Part shown: positions 37,275-49,492 of the stretch, piece by piece
Numbering within the stretch: position 1 is the stretch's first letter
Layout of the letters: each line of letters begins with the position of its first letter
Source of the DNA: Camelus dromedarius
Lineage: Eukaryota
DNA length: 64,000 bases
Reading direction: 5' to 3'
NCBI RefSeq assembly: GCF_036321535.1
Contig: NC_087437.1
Location: 28,088,001-28,152,000, forward strand
Translations under genes and position numbers: made by a program
The notes under the pieces: generated by a model
What the model saw: only the letters and a program-made list of their open reading frames with translations
Told to the model about the DNA's origin: nothing
The model's database searches: none

Positions 37275-37615
37275 CCCTAACGGGCGCTGTAGAGTCCACG
37301 CTGTCCCCACAGGACAGGCTGTGTGGGCGGGGCTGCTTCACAGGGATCTCGTCAGCGGCAGGGAGGGGGTGGCGGGGGAGGTGAGGGGGGAAGGGGCGGA
37401 GTTCCCGCAGGTCTGGTGCAGCCGTGGAGCTCCCGGCTCCAGTCCGCAGGGCTGGGCACTGCGCCTCTGCACTCGGCCCGCCTCTGACGCCGCTGCCGCT
37501 GCGGCCACGCCCGCCACGGCCGGCCGCGCCCGCCATGTTGGGTTGAGTGTTGTGCGCAGCGCTTCAGGACACGGCCCTCCGAGCTGAGGTGGCCTGCGCA
37601 GCCTTTCGCGCTAAG
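37275..37615. promoter_or_regulatory. Small CpG-island-like, promoter-like element
   Basis: About 33 CpGs by manual count in about 340 bp; GC boxes GGGCGGGG and GGGGCGGAG; YY1-like CCGCCATGTT; TGCGCA twice. Confidence 0.6.
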
Positions 37616-37802
37616 AAATCTGGTCTGAAAGGCTGGGGGCAAGACCTCTGCACACAGCACCCTGTGAGCAAGTGAAACTAGAGGAAGCACAAAGGCAAAG
37701 GAAAAAAAGGTTAGACTGTTTTATTACCCAGATTCTATTTTTATTTCCTGGGAACTGTTAACGGACTTTGCCTGTGACGAATGTGAGACATACCCCTCAC
37801 AT

Positions 37803-39524
37803 TAACTATTTTATTGAAGTATAGTGAGTTTACAATGTGTTACTTTCTGGTGTACAGCATAATGTTTCAGTCATACATATACATATATTCCTTTTCATAT
37901 TCTTTTTCATTATAGGTTACTGCAAGATATTGAATATAGTTCCCTGTGCTATACAGTATAAACTTATTTATCTATTTTATATATACCAGTCAGTATCTGC
38001 AAATCTCGAACTCCCAATTTTTCTCTTCCCACCCTGCTTTCCTACTGGTAACCATGAGATTGTTTACTATGTCTGTGAGTCTGTTTCTGTTTTGTAGATG
38101 AGTTCATTAGTGCCTTTTTTTAAGATTCCATGTATAAGTGATATATGGTATTTTTCTTTCTCTGGCTTACTTCACTTAGAATGACAATCTCCAGGTCCAT
38201 CCATGTTGCTGCAAGTGACATTATTTTATTCTTTTTTATGGCTGAGTGTTATTCTATTGTGTAAATATACGACAGCTTCTTTATCCACTCATCTGTCAAT
38301 GGACATTTAGGTTATTTCTATGCCTTGGCTATTGTAAATACTGCTGCTATAAACATTGAGGTGCAGGTGTCTTTTTGAATTAAGATTCCCTTTGGATATA
38401 TGCCCAAGCGTGGGATTGCTGGATCATATGTTAAGTCTATTTTTAGTCTTTTTGGGAATCTCCATACTGTTTTCCATAATGGCTATATCAAACTACATTC
38501 CCACCAACAGTGCAGGAGGGTTCCCTTTTCTCCACAGTCTCTCCAGCATTTATCATTTGTGGACTTTTGAATGATGGCCATTCTGACTGGTATGAGAATG
38601 GTATGAAAACTCATTGTAGTTTTGATTTGCATTTCTCTGATAATTAGCAATACTGAGCATTTTTTCATGTGCCTAGTAACCATTTGTATGTCTTCACTGG
38701 AGAATTACTTGTTTAGGTCTTCTGCACTTTTTTGGATCAGGTTTTTTTCTGTTGTTGTATTAAGTTGTATGAGCTGCTTATATATTCTGGAATTAAACCT
38801 GTGTCAGTCACATCATTTGAAAATATTTTCTCCCATTCCATAAGTTGTCTTTTTGTTTTGTTTATGGTTTCCTTTGCTGTGCAAAAGCTTGTAAGTTTAA
38901 TTAGTTCCTATTTGTTTATTTTTGCTTTTATTTCTATTGCCTGGGTAGACTGCCCTAGGAGAACATTGCTAAGATTTATGTCAGAAAATGTTTGCCTGTG
39001 TTTTCTTCTTTGAGGCTTATAGTGTCTTGTCTTATATTTAAGTCTTTAAGCTATTTTGAGTTTATTTTTATGTAAAGTGTGAGGGAATGTTTTAACTTCA
39101 TTGATTTACATGTGGGGCTGTCAGGTTTATCCAACATCACTTCCTGAAGAGACTGTCTTTTCTTCATTGTATATTCTTGCCTCCTTTGTCAAAGATTAAG
39201 TCTGTGGGTTTATTTCTGAGCTCTCTATTCTGTTCCATTGATCCATATGTCTGTTTTTGTGCCAATACTGTGCTGTTCTGATTACTGTAGCTCTGTAGTA
39301 TTGTATGAAGTCTGGAAGGGTTATTCTTCTAGCTTCATTCTTTTTCTTCAGTATTGCTTTGGCAATTCTGGGCCTTTTGTGATTCCATATACATTTTAGG
39401 ATTATTTGTTCTAGTTCTGTGAAAAATATCGTGGGTATCTTGAAAGGGATCACATTAAATCTATAGATTACCTTGGGTAGTATGGCCATTTTAACCATAT
39501 TAATTCTTCCAATCCAAGAGCATG
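37803..39524 (-). mobile_element. 5'-truncated L1: ORF2 C-terminal region and 3' UTR, disrupted
   Basis: Minus-strand peptides [21 protein letters not shown]...[14 protein letters not shown] and [18 protein letters not shown]...[14 protein letters not shown] are L1 ORF2p. The 3' end reads TTTTATTGAAGTATAG on the + strand. Confidence 0.95.
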
Positions 39525-39844
39525 TTACCCACGTCTTCAGAGTGTGCCTGCTCTTCTGTGTAGCTGAATTGTCAGTTTTTATTTTATTTGCTGTCAGAAT
39601 GACTGAGTTATCACCTCAACCTTGTGTTTTCCCCCACATTTTGACCTTAAGAAGTCCTTCCAGGACTTTCCAGAGGCTGGTCTTATTGCCCCAGGTGTTC
39701 CCTACTTACTTCCATTAGACACTGACTAGAAAAGGAAAATGGCATGGTTGTCTGATGATTCTCTTAAGACCACAGTACTTCATATTTCAGTCTGGGGTCA
39801 ATTGATTGCAAATAACAGAGATTCACATAAAGTACCTTAGGCAA

Positions 39845-39915
39845 ACATTTTTGAATTTTAAAAAAATTCTCCGCAGGTTGTTCTCGTAATCAGCCAAAGT
39901 TGAGAACCACTGGTC
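39845..39915. mobile_element. MER5-type fragment
   Basis: CAGGTTGTTCTCGTAATCAGCCAAAGTTGAGAACCACTG terminus. Confidence 0.6.
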
Positions 39916-40689
39916 TGGGGTTTAGAATATCTGCTCCAGGTTTCCCTGAAGTTGGTAGGATCAGCCCTTTCTCCCCATCCCCCCTCCAGCTGCCATGGGC
40001 ATTATGTACAGACAGGAGGGAGCTTAGTGCTAACCAAATGCCCACAAGTCAAATGTCAGTGATGCAACATCCAGGTGTAATCTTTGATTGACAGCCTTAA
40101 ACATCAGCACTTCCAAAACATCTTCACTTCTCTAAATCTACTGGGAGGAGGCCAACAGATAGGGACAAAATTTCCCCTGGTGAGAAACTATGTCTGCTGT
40201 ATAATGAACAGAGTCATAAGCACAGTAGAGCTAACACATCTTAGGGAACTTTTCCTATTGTGCCTCCCTGAGATAGTCTAACACTCTAAGGATTCCTTTT
40301 TTTCCTTCCTAGGTCTTTCCAAATGTAATCATACCATCTAAATATTCTAATACCTTCAAATACCGCCCCACACCAGTCACTGGTAGCTAGATGGTATCTA
40401 GAGAAATCTTGATGCACTGTTTCAGACTGTAAAAAATTTCCTCTGGTCAAATGAATATTAAATTTCTTCTCATCTCCTTCAACCTCTTAATAGCCATTCT
40501 TTAAATCTAACAGTGAGAACCACTGTCTCTGCCAGAAAGTGTGCCAGGGCTTACTAACATCGAGGAATGTTGGTCAGATTTAGTCTATTTGTTTAGCATC
40601 ACAATCAATATTTACTTTTAATCTTTTTAAATTTCTGAAGACTCATTTGGATTCCAAAACTCAGTTCTGAAATGGTTACAAGGTCTTTA

Positions 40690-42449
40690 ATGTCAGGCAG
40701 GTCTAGTGGTAATGACCTCCCTCAGCTTTTGCTTGTCTGGGAAAGTCCTTATTTCTCCTTCATATCTGAAGGAGAACTTTGCTGGAAAGACTGTTCTTGG
40801 CTGACAGTTTTTATCTTTCAATGTTTTGAATATGGTGATTCCACTCTCTCCTTGCCTGTAGAGTTTCTGCTAAGAAATTTTCTAATAGACTAACAGGGGG
40901 TTCCCTTACGGGTTACAGTCTGGCTGCCTTTAAAATTTTTTTCTTTGTCGTTGACTTTTGATAGTTTCAGTATAATGTGTCTTGGAGAAGGTCTTTTTGC
41001 ACTGAGGTAATTAGGTGTTCTGTTAGCAACATGAACTTGTATATCCAGTTTCTTCCCCAGTTTTGGGAAGCTCTCAGCTATTACTTCTTTAAGTAAACTT
41101 TCTGTCCCCTTCTTCCTCTCTTCTCCTCATAGGATTACCTTTCCTAAAGACGTTGGATAGTTCTTGTAGAACTTCTTCATTTAAAAAAAAAAATCTTAGT
41201 TCTCTTTCCTCTTCTACCTAAATTATTTTTAGATTTTTATCTTTGAGCTTGGTAATTCTCTCTTCCATATGGTCTGCTCTATTCCCAATGCTTTCTAAGG
41301 CATTCTTCACCTCATTTTTTGAGTTCTTTTACTCCAGAATTCGTTTGGTTCTTTTAGAGTTTCACTTTCTTTGGTAAAGCATTCCTTCTGTTTGTTGATT
41401 TTATTCATGAGGTCACTGAATTGTGTTTCTGAATTTCTTGTAGCTCGTTAAGCTTCTTCACGACAGCTATGTTGAATTTTTTATCAGTTAGATTGCAATA
41501 TTCCATGCCTTTAAATTTGGTTTCTGAATTATTTTCTTTTTATGGTACAGTATTACTGTGATTCTTCATGGTGTTTGGTGAGTTGTTCCTCTGCTGGTGC
41601 ATTTTAAGTAGTGAAAATCTTTCTTCTCTAGGTAAAGCTTTTTTTTTTTTTTTTTTTAACTTGATTCTAGCAATTTTCAATAGATTGGTAATTGGTAATT
41701 AGAGGCCGTTCTTTTATTTTTCAGTAGGTGGTGCTATAGCACAAGTTTTTGATTCTCTGTGCTGCCTCTGGCTGTACTTGAGAACCCGAACTTTCTACTC
41801 TCCAATTCTTCTGTCAAGAGGTGTCATTTGAGGCCCTCATTGTCACTGCTTATGCCTCCAGGGTTGCTGGTGTCAGTGTCACTGCTGTCACTGGTATTGC
41901 TGCTTGGGGAACCCAATGGCGGCACCTCCACCATGTTCAGGAATGCCTGGGCTAAGGACACCACCTCCATAGGGGAAGGGGGAAGGCAGGCTGGGAGCTA
42001 GGGTCACAGGTGCCTTTGCCACATCTGGGATTACTGGGTTCACAGAGGCGACTGCTGCAGATGGGGGAGCCAGAGCTACAGGGACCGGGGTCACAGGCCC
42101 CACTGCCGCTGCTGCCAGTTCCCTGTGACTGTGGGTGCTGCTACAGCCAGGAGGCTGGAGTCATGTGCAACACCTCTCTTGTTGCTACTGTGTTCTCTTG
42201 GGCTGCTGGATTAGCTGCTGGGAGGAGGGGACTGGGATTTTGGGGCTTGGCCTTTGCTGCTCCCCTGGTTCACCTCCTCTATGTGTTCACTGCACCCATG
42301 TTTAGATATACAGGTGTATGGAACTCTCTGATGTCCTGGTGTGTTGGGCAGAGGAACTCTTGTTGAGTTATGGATGTTTTACCGGTTATAGATTGAAGGG
42401 GAGAGACCAAGAGAGCGTCTTACATCACCTTGATGTTGATGTCACTCCC
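40690..42449 (-). mobile_element. L1 5' UTR plus decayed ORF1, no ORF2
   Basis: Minus strand reads AETLQARREW and KNCQPRTVFPAKFSFRYEGEIRTFPDKQKLREVITTRPA (ORF1p C-terminus). The 5' terminus is GGAGTGACATCAACATC. Confidence 0.9.
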
Positions 42450-42912
42450 TCAAAACTCTGTCTTAATCAAAGCTTTGTACTAATTTCAATAAGTATTATA
42501 CATTATACAGGGTTGCTGGCTCATAAGTCTATGAGTGGTATCAGATTTTAAAAAATCAAATTAGTGGAGACAGAAATCTCTGGTATTTGCTAGTCTGTGG
42601 CTAAAAGTTCAATCCTCCAATCATAAACTAGACCTTTATTTTTTAGCACTGAAGTGGGCTACCTGATTAAATTTAAGGCATGCATATTTGGAAGATCTTT
42701 TCAAGAGCAGACTGATAACAACACCCTTACTTCTCAATTATGTCCAACTGGTCATAAACTGGATAGGATAATACTATAACGTTAACTGGCCACAGCAATA
42801 GGACTTAATCATATTGGTCAGGGTTAAGCCAGAGAAGGCAAATGCTCTGTAAGACAGTTTTCACTCTCAGACCACTTGCACCCTCCACTGCGGTATAAAT
42901 TGGCCACCAAAG

Positions 42913-42977
42913 CTGGGGTGGACAGAGATGTGATTGATAATCTGGGGCGGACAGAGATGTGATTGATAATCTGGGGC
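42913..42977 (+). repeat. 29-bp tandem duplication (2.2 copies)
   Basis: CTGGGG(T/C)GGACAGAGATGTGATTGATAAT starts at 42913 and 42942, with a partial copy at 42971. Confidence 0.95.
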
Positions 42978-44419
42978 TTCCACCAGAGATTGTGGAACAG
43001 CTTCCACCAACGGCAGCTGAGGATTATATAACTGTACATCGAGTGTTACTCTAAGTAGAAAGGAAGGAAGAAAAAATGGAGCCTTTGGGAAGATTTGGAG
43101 GTACGGATGAGAGTGGAGTGAGAAATGCAAGCACTGCTGGCAGGGTAGACCTACACCTTCCCTAAAGGTGTGAGACCCCTGTTCTGAGAATGGGAGAAAT
43201 GACCATTTGTGGATGTGATATGACACAGTGTACTAACGCCCAGTGCATGGCGGACTTTGCTTCTGCAGTATTGCTCCCTTATGTGGTGAGTGATGCACGA
43301 AGATTCAGCGCTCTGGGGAGGAATCATGCCAGAGCCAGTCAGAAGTCAGGATTTGGCTCCATGATGGCAGAGGGTGTCTACACAAAATGGCACTCCCTCC
43401 CCCAAGAAAAATGTCACCCAGTAAGTCAGCCTATCTGGAAAATGATCCAGCCATCCAACCCTATAGTCAGGGAGCATGGATTTTTTTTGTCTTTAGTACC
43501 AGAAAGACAAAATCTGGACAAACTTTTCCAAGTTGTGAATCACTGTAATTGCTATGTCCAGGAAATTCCAACCTGAAATCCACCCCCCACCCCATTGTTT
43601 CCTTTAACCTAGGAATTTTTTACTTGGTGGAGATCTAAATGCTTCTATCATTTCCAAAGGGATCCATAACGAAAAATATTTAATAGGATTTTATTTATCA
43701 TTCTAGGAACTCTCCAATGGAGGAAAAAGGAGGGGGGACAAAAATTCCAAGTTAAGACATCTAATGTCACTAAGAATGCTGCTGCTGGCTTCCCTCTCTG
43801 TCCATTAATGGACCAGAGTCTGATACCCATCCACTTTGTGGACTGTTTCTCATATACTGAAAGGGAAGCTATAAAAGGTTTGTCTATTGGCTCTAATATT
43901 GAGATAGAAAAAATTCAAGATGTCCTGTGCAGAGCTTTGCTAGTTTTGAATAGGCATAAAATAGTTTATAGGTAAAATGGAACCCCATGTCTGAAAGTGT
44001 ACAGATTGGGATTTCATCCTGTTGTATATGATGGAGCCAGAGACTTAGAGATGAGGGGCAGTTCTGTCAAAGAAGTCCTTAAAAGCAGTTCACCAGTCAG
44101 AAAGCTTCAGGTAAGGAGCTCCACAACCTCCACTTCCATCCACAAGCTCAGGGAAGTCACACAAAACCCACGATACATCTTTGTTATCACCCATCTTCCA
44201 TAAATTGTCTATTTGTGTTCCCCAGTTTCTAACTGTGGGGCTGTCTTATTAATTTGCATATCAGTAGAACTTACTCCTGGTATCTACACAAAGGAGATGC
44301 TCAGAATATTTGTTGGATGGAATTCGTCTCTCCTACTGATGAAGGCATTATCTTCATAAAATTGGGACTATTTGAAATGTTTCTCAAATAAATATTTCAA
44401 TTTTAAAATCTCTACTTTT

Positions 44420-44588
44420 TATTTTAATTGTGGCATAGACAGCTTACAATGTTGAGTCCGTTTCTGGTATATAGCACAATGTTTGTCACACATGAATATA
44501 TACATACTCATTTTCACCATGAGCTACTACTACAAGATACTGAATATATTTCCTGTGCTACACAGGATAAACTTGTTTATCTATTTTA
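44420..44588 (-). mobile_element. Short L1 3'-end insertion with a perfect 16-bp target-site duplication
   Basis: Homologous to 37803-37985; TAAAATCTCTACTTTT at 44404-44419 and 44589-44604; TT/AAAA endonuclease site. Confidence 0.9.
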
Positions 44589-45039
44589 TAAAATCTCTAC
44601 TTTTAAGTAAAATTTTGTCCTTATAAATAATGTGGTTGGACATTATCTTGGGAATCTTTCTGTCTCTGTTTCCTAAACTGCTGAGTTTCCTAAAGGCCGA
44701 GAGCAAAGCAGCAGGGGCAAAAATGTTCAATTTCCAAAGTGAGGCTGAACCTCCTACGCAGACCCTGCTTAGGAGGGACAAAAACTGGAAGTTTTGGGTC
44801 TAATCTCCTCATCCGTCTTGAGGGTATAACAGAATTGAGGTAAAGAAGTCAGGGAGTTAAAGGAAGGATTGGTTTGTTGACGGTTATCCGGAGGAGGAGG
44901 CGCTTCAGGGCCTACGGGGAGCGCTAGGATGGGATGGCGTTGCTTAGGAACACGGGAGAATCACCTGACGGACGCCTGAGGGAGAACAGGTTCTGGGGAG
45001 AGCCTGGCTGTAAGGACTTATGGCACTAGCACGGAGGTT

Positions 45040-46003
45040 TATAATAACCATACTCCCCCCAAATTGCCTGCTTTTATGGGGCAAAGGAACCTAAGTAGGG
45101 AATGTTCATTTGTTGTCTCAATTCACAGCATCCTGCTAGAGATGTAGTCTGACTGGAAAGAGGCAGAGGGGGAGATTATAAACTGTCAGCTGAAGGAGAG
45201 GCACTGCCCCGCTACAGAGCTGAAGTTGGGAGAGCACAGTCAGGACCTGCTTCATAACTGGTGCTACCCAGTGAAAAAGGAAAATGCAGGGTGCTCTTGT
45301 TCGAAATTTATTAAAGTTTTCAACATGGCGACGACAGAGCATTAAACCAAGCTGGAGGCCCCTCTAAGCATGTGGTCCTGTGTGTCTACAAAGGGCTCAC
45401 ACCGTTGGAGCTGGCCCTGGACCCAGCAGTGAAATCACACAGCTCACGAAAGGTCCCAAAAGCTGACTCAACAGAAATAGGCATAAGCTTCTATCATAGC
45501 CAGAAAAAATCAATGTGAGATTATAGAAATGTCAGTGAAAGACATACCTCTTCCCTTTTTCCTCTTTCAACCCTCCAGGAGTCAGGGGCAGCCTAGTAAG
45601 TGGGCAGATGAGTAGAAACCAGGCAGAGAAATCAACCTGAATGTTTGTAACCACCCCACCACTTCTCCCCACTGCAGGCTTCCAATGGGAAACAGACAAA
45701 ACGAAGGGAGAAGCTTAAGTTCATATGAAGTCTGGAGTTTTAAGTATTTTACAAGACAGATATTTTAATTACTGAAATTAGATTTTTTGGGGAGGGGGGA
45801 AGGGGGACAAAAGTAACCTGACAACTTTTTTTTAACATCTGAGAAATGATGGGACTTGGCCAAGATTTATCCAAGGTGGTGATGAAAACCAGACTGACAT
45901 ATGATGTGGTGGCTTTACGGGGCAGTGACAGGAAAGAATATATAAATGTACTCTACCAAGGTAGCCCCAGAGAATTCTACTTGTTCACTGTTATTTATGT
46001 CAC
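45040..46003 (+). mobile_element. Probable ancient Gypsy-type LTR (MamGypLTR-like), split by MER45A; 5' limit uncertain
   Basis: The 3' part ATGGGACTTGGCCAAGATTTATCCAAGG...GGCAGTGACAGGAAAGAATATATAAA...TTGTTCACTG...TCACA resembles recalled MamGypLTR ends. Confidence 0.45.
45241..45419 (-). mobile_element. MER45A hAT MITE, full length
   Basis: Termini CAGGACCTGCT...AGCTGGCCCTG; interior GACGACAGAGCATTAAACCAAG. Confidence 0.85.
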
Positions 46004-46021
46004 ACAGACTTCTCTGGGTAG

Positions 46022-46049
<28 letters not shown>
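46022..46049 (+). repeat. (AC)n microsatellite
   Basis: Uninterrupted AC run. Confidence 0.95.
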
Positions 46050-46053
<4 letters not shown>

Positions 46054-46521
46054 CCACATATGGATGGATGCTGTGATATACTCACATGATCCTAAAAGAC
46101 TATTTTGAGGTAAAGAAATTGAACTTGTGACTTAACTGAGCAGTGTCTCAGAACTACATCAGTTACAAGCCACAGCAAACATAGAGCTGATAAAAGAAAC
46201 AAAAATTAATGTATGCTTTAAAAATACTTTTTATTGTTGCTCCACCTACATCAGAGAAACTGTCTAGGAATCTGAACTATGGAGGTAGGGGATAATTGTA
46301 GACCAAAGAAGAAGTACAAAAAAAGGCATTTTGATAAAGTGTTCAATTTTAAAGTTATAATTAAATCAGCTGTTATATACAGGCAAGACGTGTGCTTTGA
46401 CTGCCCTCAAGTGTTGTTAGTTTATCACTGCAGCATGATCTCAAAAGTGACTGTTTCCATCAAATTCACATTTTGAGACTATTTAACAAAGAAAATCTGG
46501 AATAAAGAATTTTTCTTTATA

Positions 46522-46642
46522 GGGGGAGGGCATAGCTCAGTGGTAGAGTGCATGCTTAGCACGTATGAGGTCCTGGGTTCAATTCCCAGTACCCCCATGA
46601 AAATAAGTAAATAAATAAACCTAATTACCTCCCCACAAAAAA
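46522..46642 (+). mobile_element. tRNA-derived SINE (camelid Vic-1 type)
   Basis: GGGGAGGGCATAGCTCAGTGGTAGAG (A box)...GGTTCAATTCCC (B box)...AATAAATAAACCTAATTACCTCCCC plus an A tail. Confidence 0.9.
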
Positions 46643-47374
46643 TTATGACACAACATTGTAAAATGATTATAAATCAATAAAAAATGTTAAAAAAAGAAGT
46701 TTAATTCTCAAGTATTTTCCAAATAATCAAATGGATTAAGTAACATTATACAGTTGTGTTGAAGTATGTCCGCTCTAAACAGATTTGCAAAATTGGAGTT
46801 TTTTGTTTGTTTTGTGTCATGAGCTTCCTGTGAGGCAGAAGAAGGACATAAACAGTGCTTAGACAACTTTTTAACTTTATCGGTAATTGCTTCACGAGCT
46901 CTAAGTTAACTGATTAGTCTTTGAGGGGAGAGGGTTTAGGGATAACTTTATCTTTCAAATTAAACATGCAAACAGTCTCATTTCATACAGATACTCAGAG
47001 TTTATGCTTCGACATCTTCTAAGCGCTGTTTGCTTCCTTCTCCTTCTGCCTCACAGAAGCTCACTGCGCCCTCCCTAGGGGCTGGGTCTGCGCAGAACTG
47101 GCTGGTTGGTCTACTGTGTTGCTGCGTTGGCTTCTCCCTGGCTCTTTCAGGAGAAGAGCCAAGGTTGGCTTAGGAGGGTTGCTTATGGCTTCTGCTTCTA
47201 GAGCATCTATTCCCGGCCACGGCAGGGCCACCCTGTCTGCTGGTTCTCCACAGCCTTCTTCATCACGTCCTCCAAGGGAGCACAAGGCAACGTTTAGGTG
47301 CCCTCACATCACAAAAGAGCCCGTCTTAATGCAAAGGATCTGTCTTGGGCCCTCTTTTGTCTGAAACCTCCTAT

Positions 47375-47556
47375 TCCTCAACGTTAGCTCCAACAGAATC
47401 TCCCGGAAGACTTGTTAAAACACCAGTGTCTTGACCCACCCCCAGAGTTTCTGATTCAGTAGTCCTGGGATAGGTCCCAAAGGCCTGTGTTTCTAACAGG
47501 TTCCCAGATGATGCTGTTGCTACTGATCCCAGGACTACCCTTTATGAACTGCTGGC
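47375..47556. mobile_element. MER5A hAT element
   Basis: CCCCAGAGTTTCTGATTCAGTAG...TTTCTAACAGGTTCCCAGATGATGCTG. Confidence 0.85.
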
Positions 47557-47936
47557 TTAACCCAGTACTTCCCCCAATTGTTCACATTAAGGTACAAGTA
47601 AGAAGCAATAGCATGTGTACTTCACAAAGAGGGAAACCTAAGAGGTAAACTTTGTTGTGGAGAATGCTCTGGGTGTGTTTCCTGTTCATAGGTCTTCACC
47701 CTCCCCCGCCCCTGCCCACTGCCCACCCCACCACTGTCAGTGCCACAGGAGATCTTTCTTAGATCCTCTTCATGAGAACCTGGTGGGAAAAGCCATGAAA
47801 GTGTTGGGGCCTCTCTGAGAGGCCTGTGGCCCCCAGGACTTCCTCATTATAAAACTGGTCCATGTTTAGCTGACAGCAATTTGTGAAAATTAGCATTTCA
47901 GTGTTCCTACCAGCTGATGGCTCTCTGGATTCACCT

Positions 47937-48426
47937 ATATATTTTTTTCCTATTGTTACCATAACAAGCTGCCACAAACCTGATGTCTTAAAGCAATACA
48001 AATGTGTAGTTCTGGAAGTCAGAAATTTGTGTGGGGCTTACCAGGCTAAAAATGGGTTGGCAGGGCGGCATTTCTTCTGGGTGCTCTGTGGGAGAATCTT
48101 TTCCCTTGTTTTTTTCCACCATGAAGAGCCCACCTGCATTCGCTGATGGTAGATCCATTCCTCCGTCTTACAAACCATTAACGCAGGGCAGATTACTCTT
48201 CACACTGTCACCTCTATGATTCTCTTCTGCCGCCCTCTTCTACTTGTAAGGCCCCTTTCCTTTGGGCCCAATTCATAATCTCTCTGTTTTACTCTTAGTT
48301 GATTAGCAACGAATCACAATTCCATCTGCTACCTTGAATCCCTTTTGCTGTGTAAAGTAACATACTCACAGGTTCCAGGGAGTAGGATGTGAGCGTCTTC
48401 GGGCAGCCATTATCTGCCTACCACCA
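47937..48426 (-). mobile_element. MaLR LTR (MLT1D-like)
   Basis: TTCCTATTGTTACCATAACAAG...GTAACATACTCACAGGTTCCAGGGAGTAGGATGTG...CATTATCTGCCTACCAC. Confidence 0.85.
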
Positions 48427-49492
48427 CTTGTCTCCAGATTTTAGGGGCAGTTTGTCCTGCGGCCTCAGTTCTCTAATGTGCCTAAAAGTGGTTGCTGATT
48501 TTTTCAATTGTTCAGTTTTCTCTTATTCTAAGGACAGGAGTGATGACATCTAAGCTCTTCACATCATCAGGGCTGACACTGTAAGTAGTGTACCTTTTTC
48601 ACACTAGATCTAGAGTTGTTACATAGCCGTAACTGGATCTCTTGCATCTTTTGTCTTCAGCATTAGATGCACAATTTTTAAGACAGACGATGTGGAAGGA
48701 AGTCAATTTCTCTGTTATAAAGACTGCTTTAAATTTGAGGAATTTAAAGCCAAAGACTGAATGTGAAAGATTTACATTTCACAAAAAGTGTTCACATAGT
48801 CTTTTTGAAAATAAGTAAGAGGACAATTGAAGCAGATACAGAGAAGACTTATTACTGAATTATAATCTGAAAGCCCTGCCTTGTATCATCTTTTATACAC
48901 TTTGCACTTCAATCAAAATGTATATTCTATTCCAATTAATTGGGTTAATCTGAAAAATCTAAAAACCTAGAACACATTATTCTAGGCAAATTAAAATGTG
49001 TGTGTATATCACTTAAACTGCCTTCTTATCATAGTCAAATATATTTAAATACAACTCTGAAGGTCAAGGATTTAACACTAATCTGTTAGCAATAGGGGAA
49101 AAGGTTTGAAAACTACCCGCATACTGTGATGCTGCTGAAATGTACATAATGGAGAAGACAACTGCAGAGTGACAGGCAGGTGTGCAGGTGTGCCAGGGGA
49201 CTTGCGTGATTTCCTTGCAATATGAAAGGCATTATTGCATTATGTGTGTATTCTTAATCACCAGGATCCATAATTTGATAGTAATTATGTTAACTCTCTT
49301 TTGAATTTTTTAGACAAATGTTGATACACATATTTCATTTCCCTCTGGCAAAAAGTCTCAAAATAAAGTCTTCCCTCTCTTGCCTTTTGAAAATATAACC
49401 ACATAGTTGGCTAGGGACTTAGGAAATGTGATAAATTTTGTGAGGCATTCGTTTCTTTATGAGAGTATATTTCACATCATATTATATTATAT

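Noticed and set aside
37246..37536. 96-aa and overlapping 112-121-aa ORFs as protein-coding genes
   Set aside because: Open frames are expected in GC-rich DNA; the peptides are low-complexity with no recognisable domain. Kept only as part of the island finding.
38356..39498. Several 66-100-aa ORFs
   Set aside because: Fragments or antisense frames of a disrupted L1 ORF2, not host genes.
42913..42977. CRISPR-like repeat
   Set aside because: Head-to-tail copies with no spacers, in a mammalian genome.
46522..46597. tRNA gene (Ala-like)
   Set aside because: A and B boxes are present, but it continues into a SINE body and A tail, and diverged copies with TSDs occur at 49864 and 56193.
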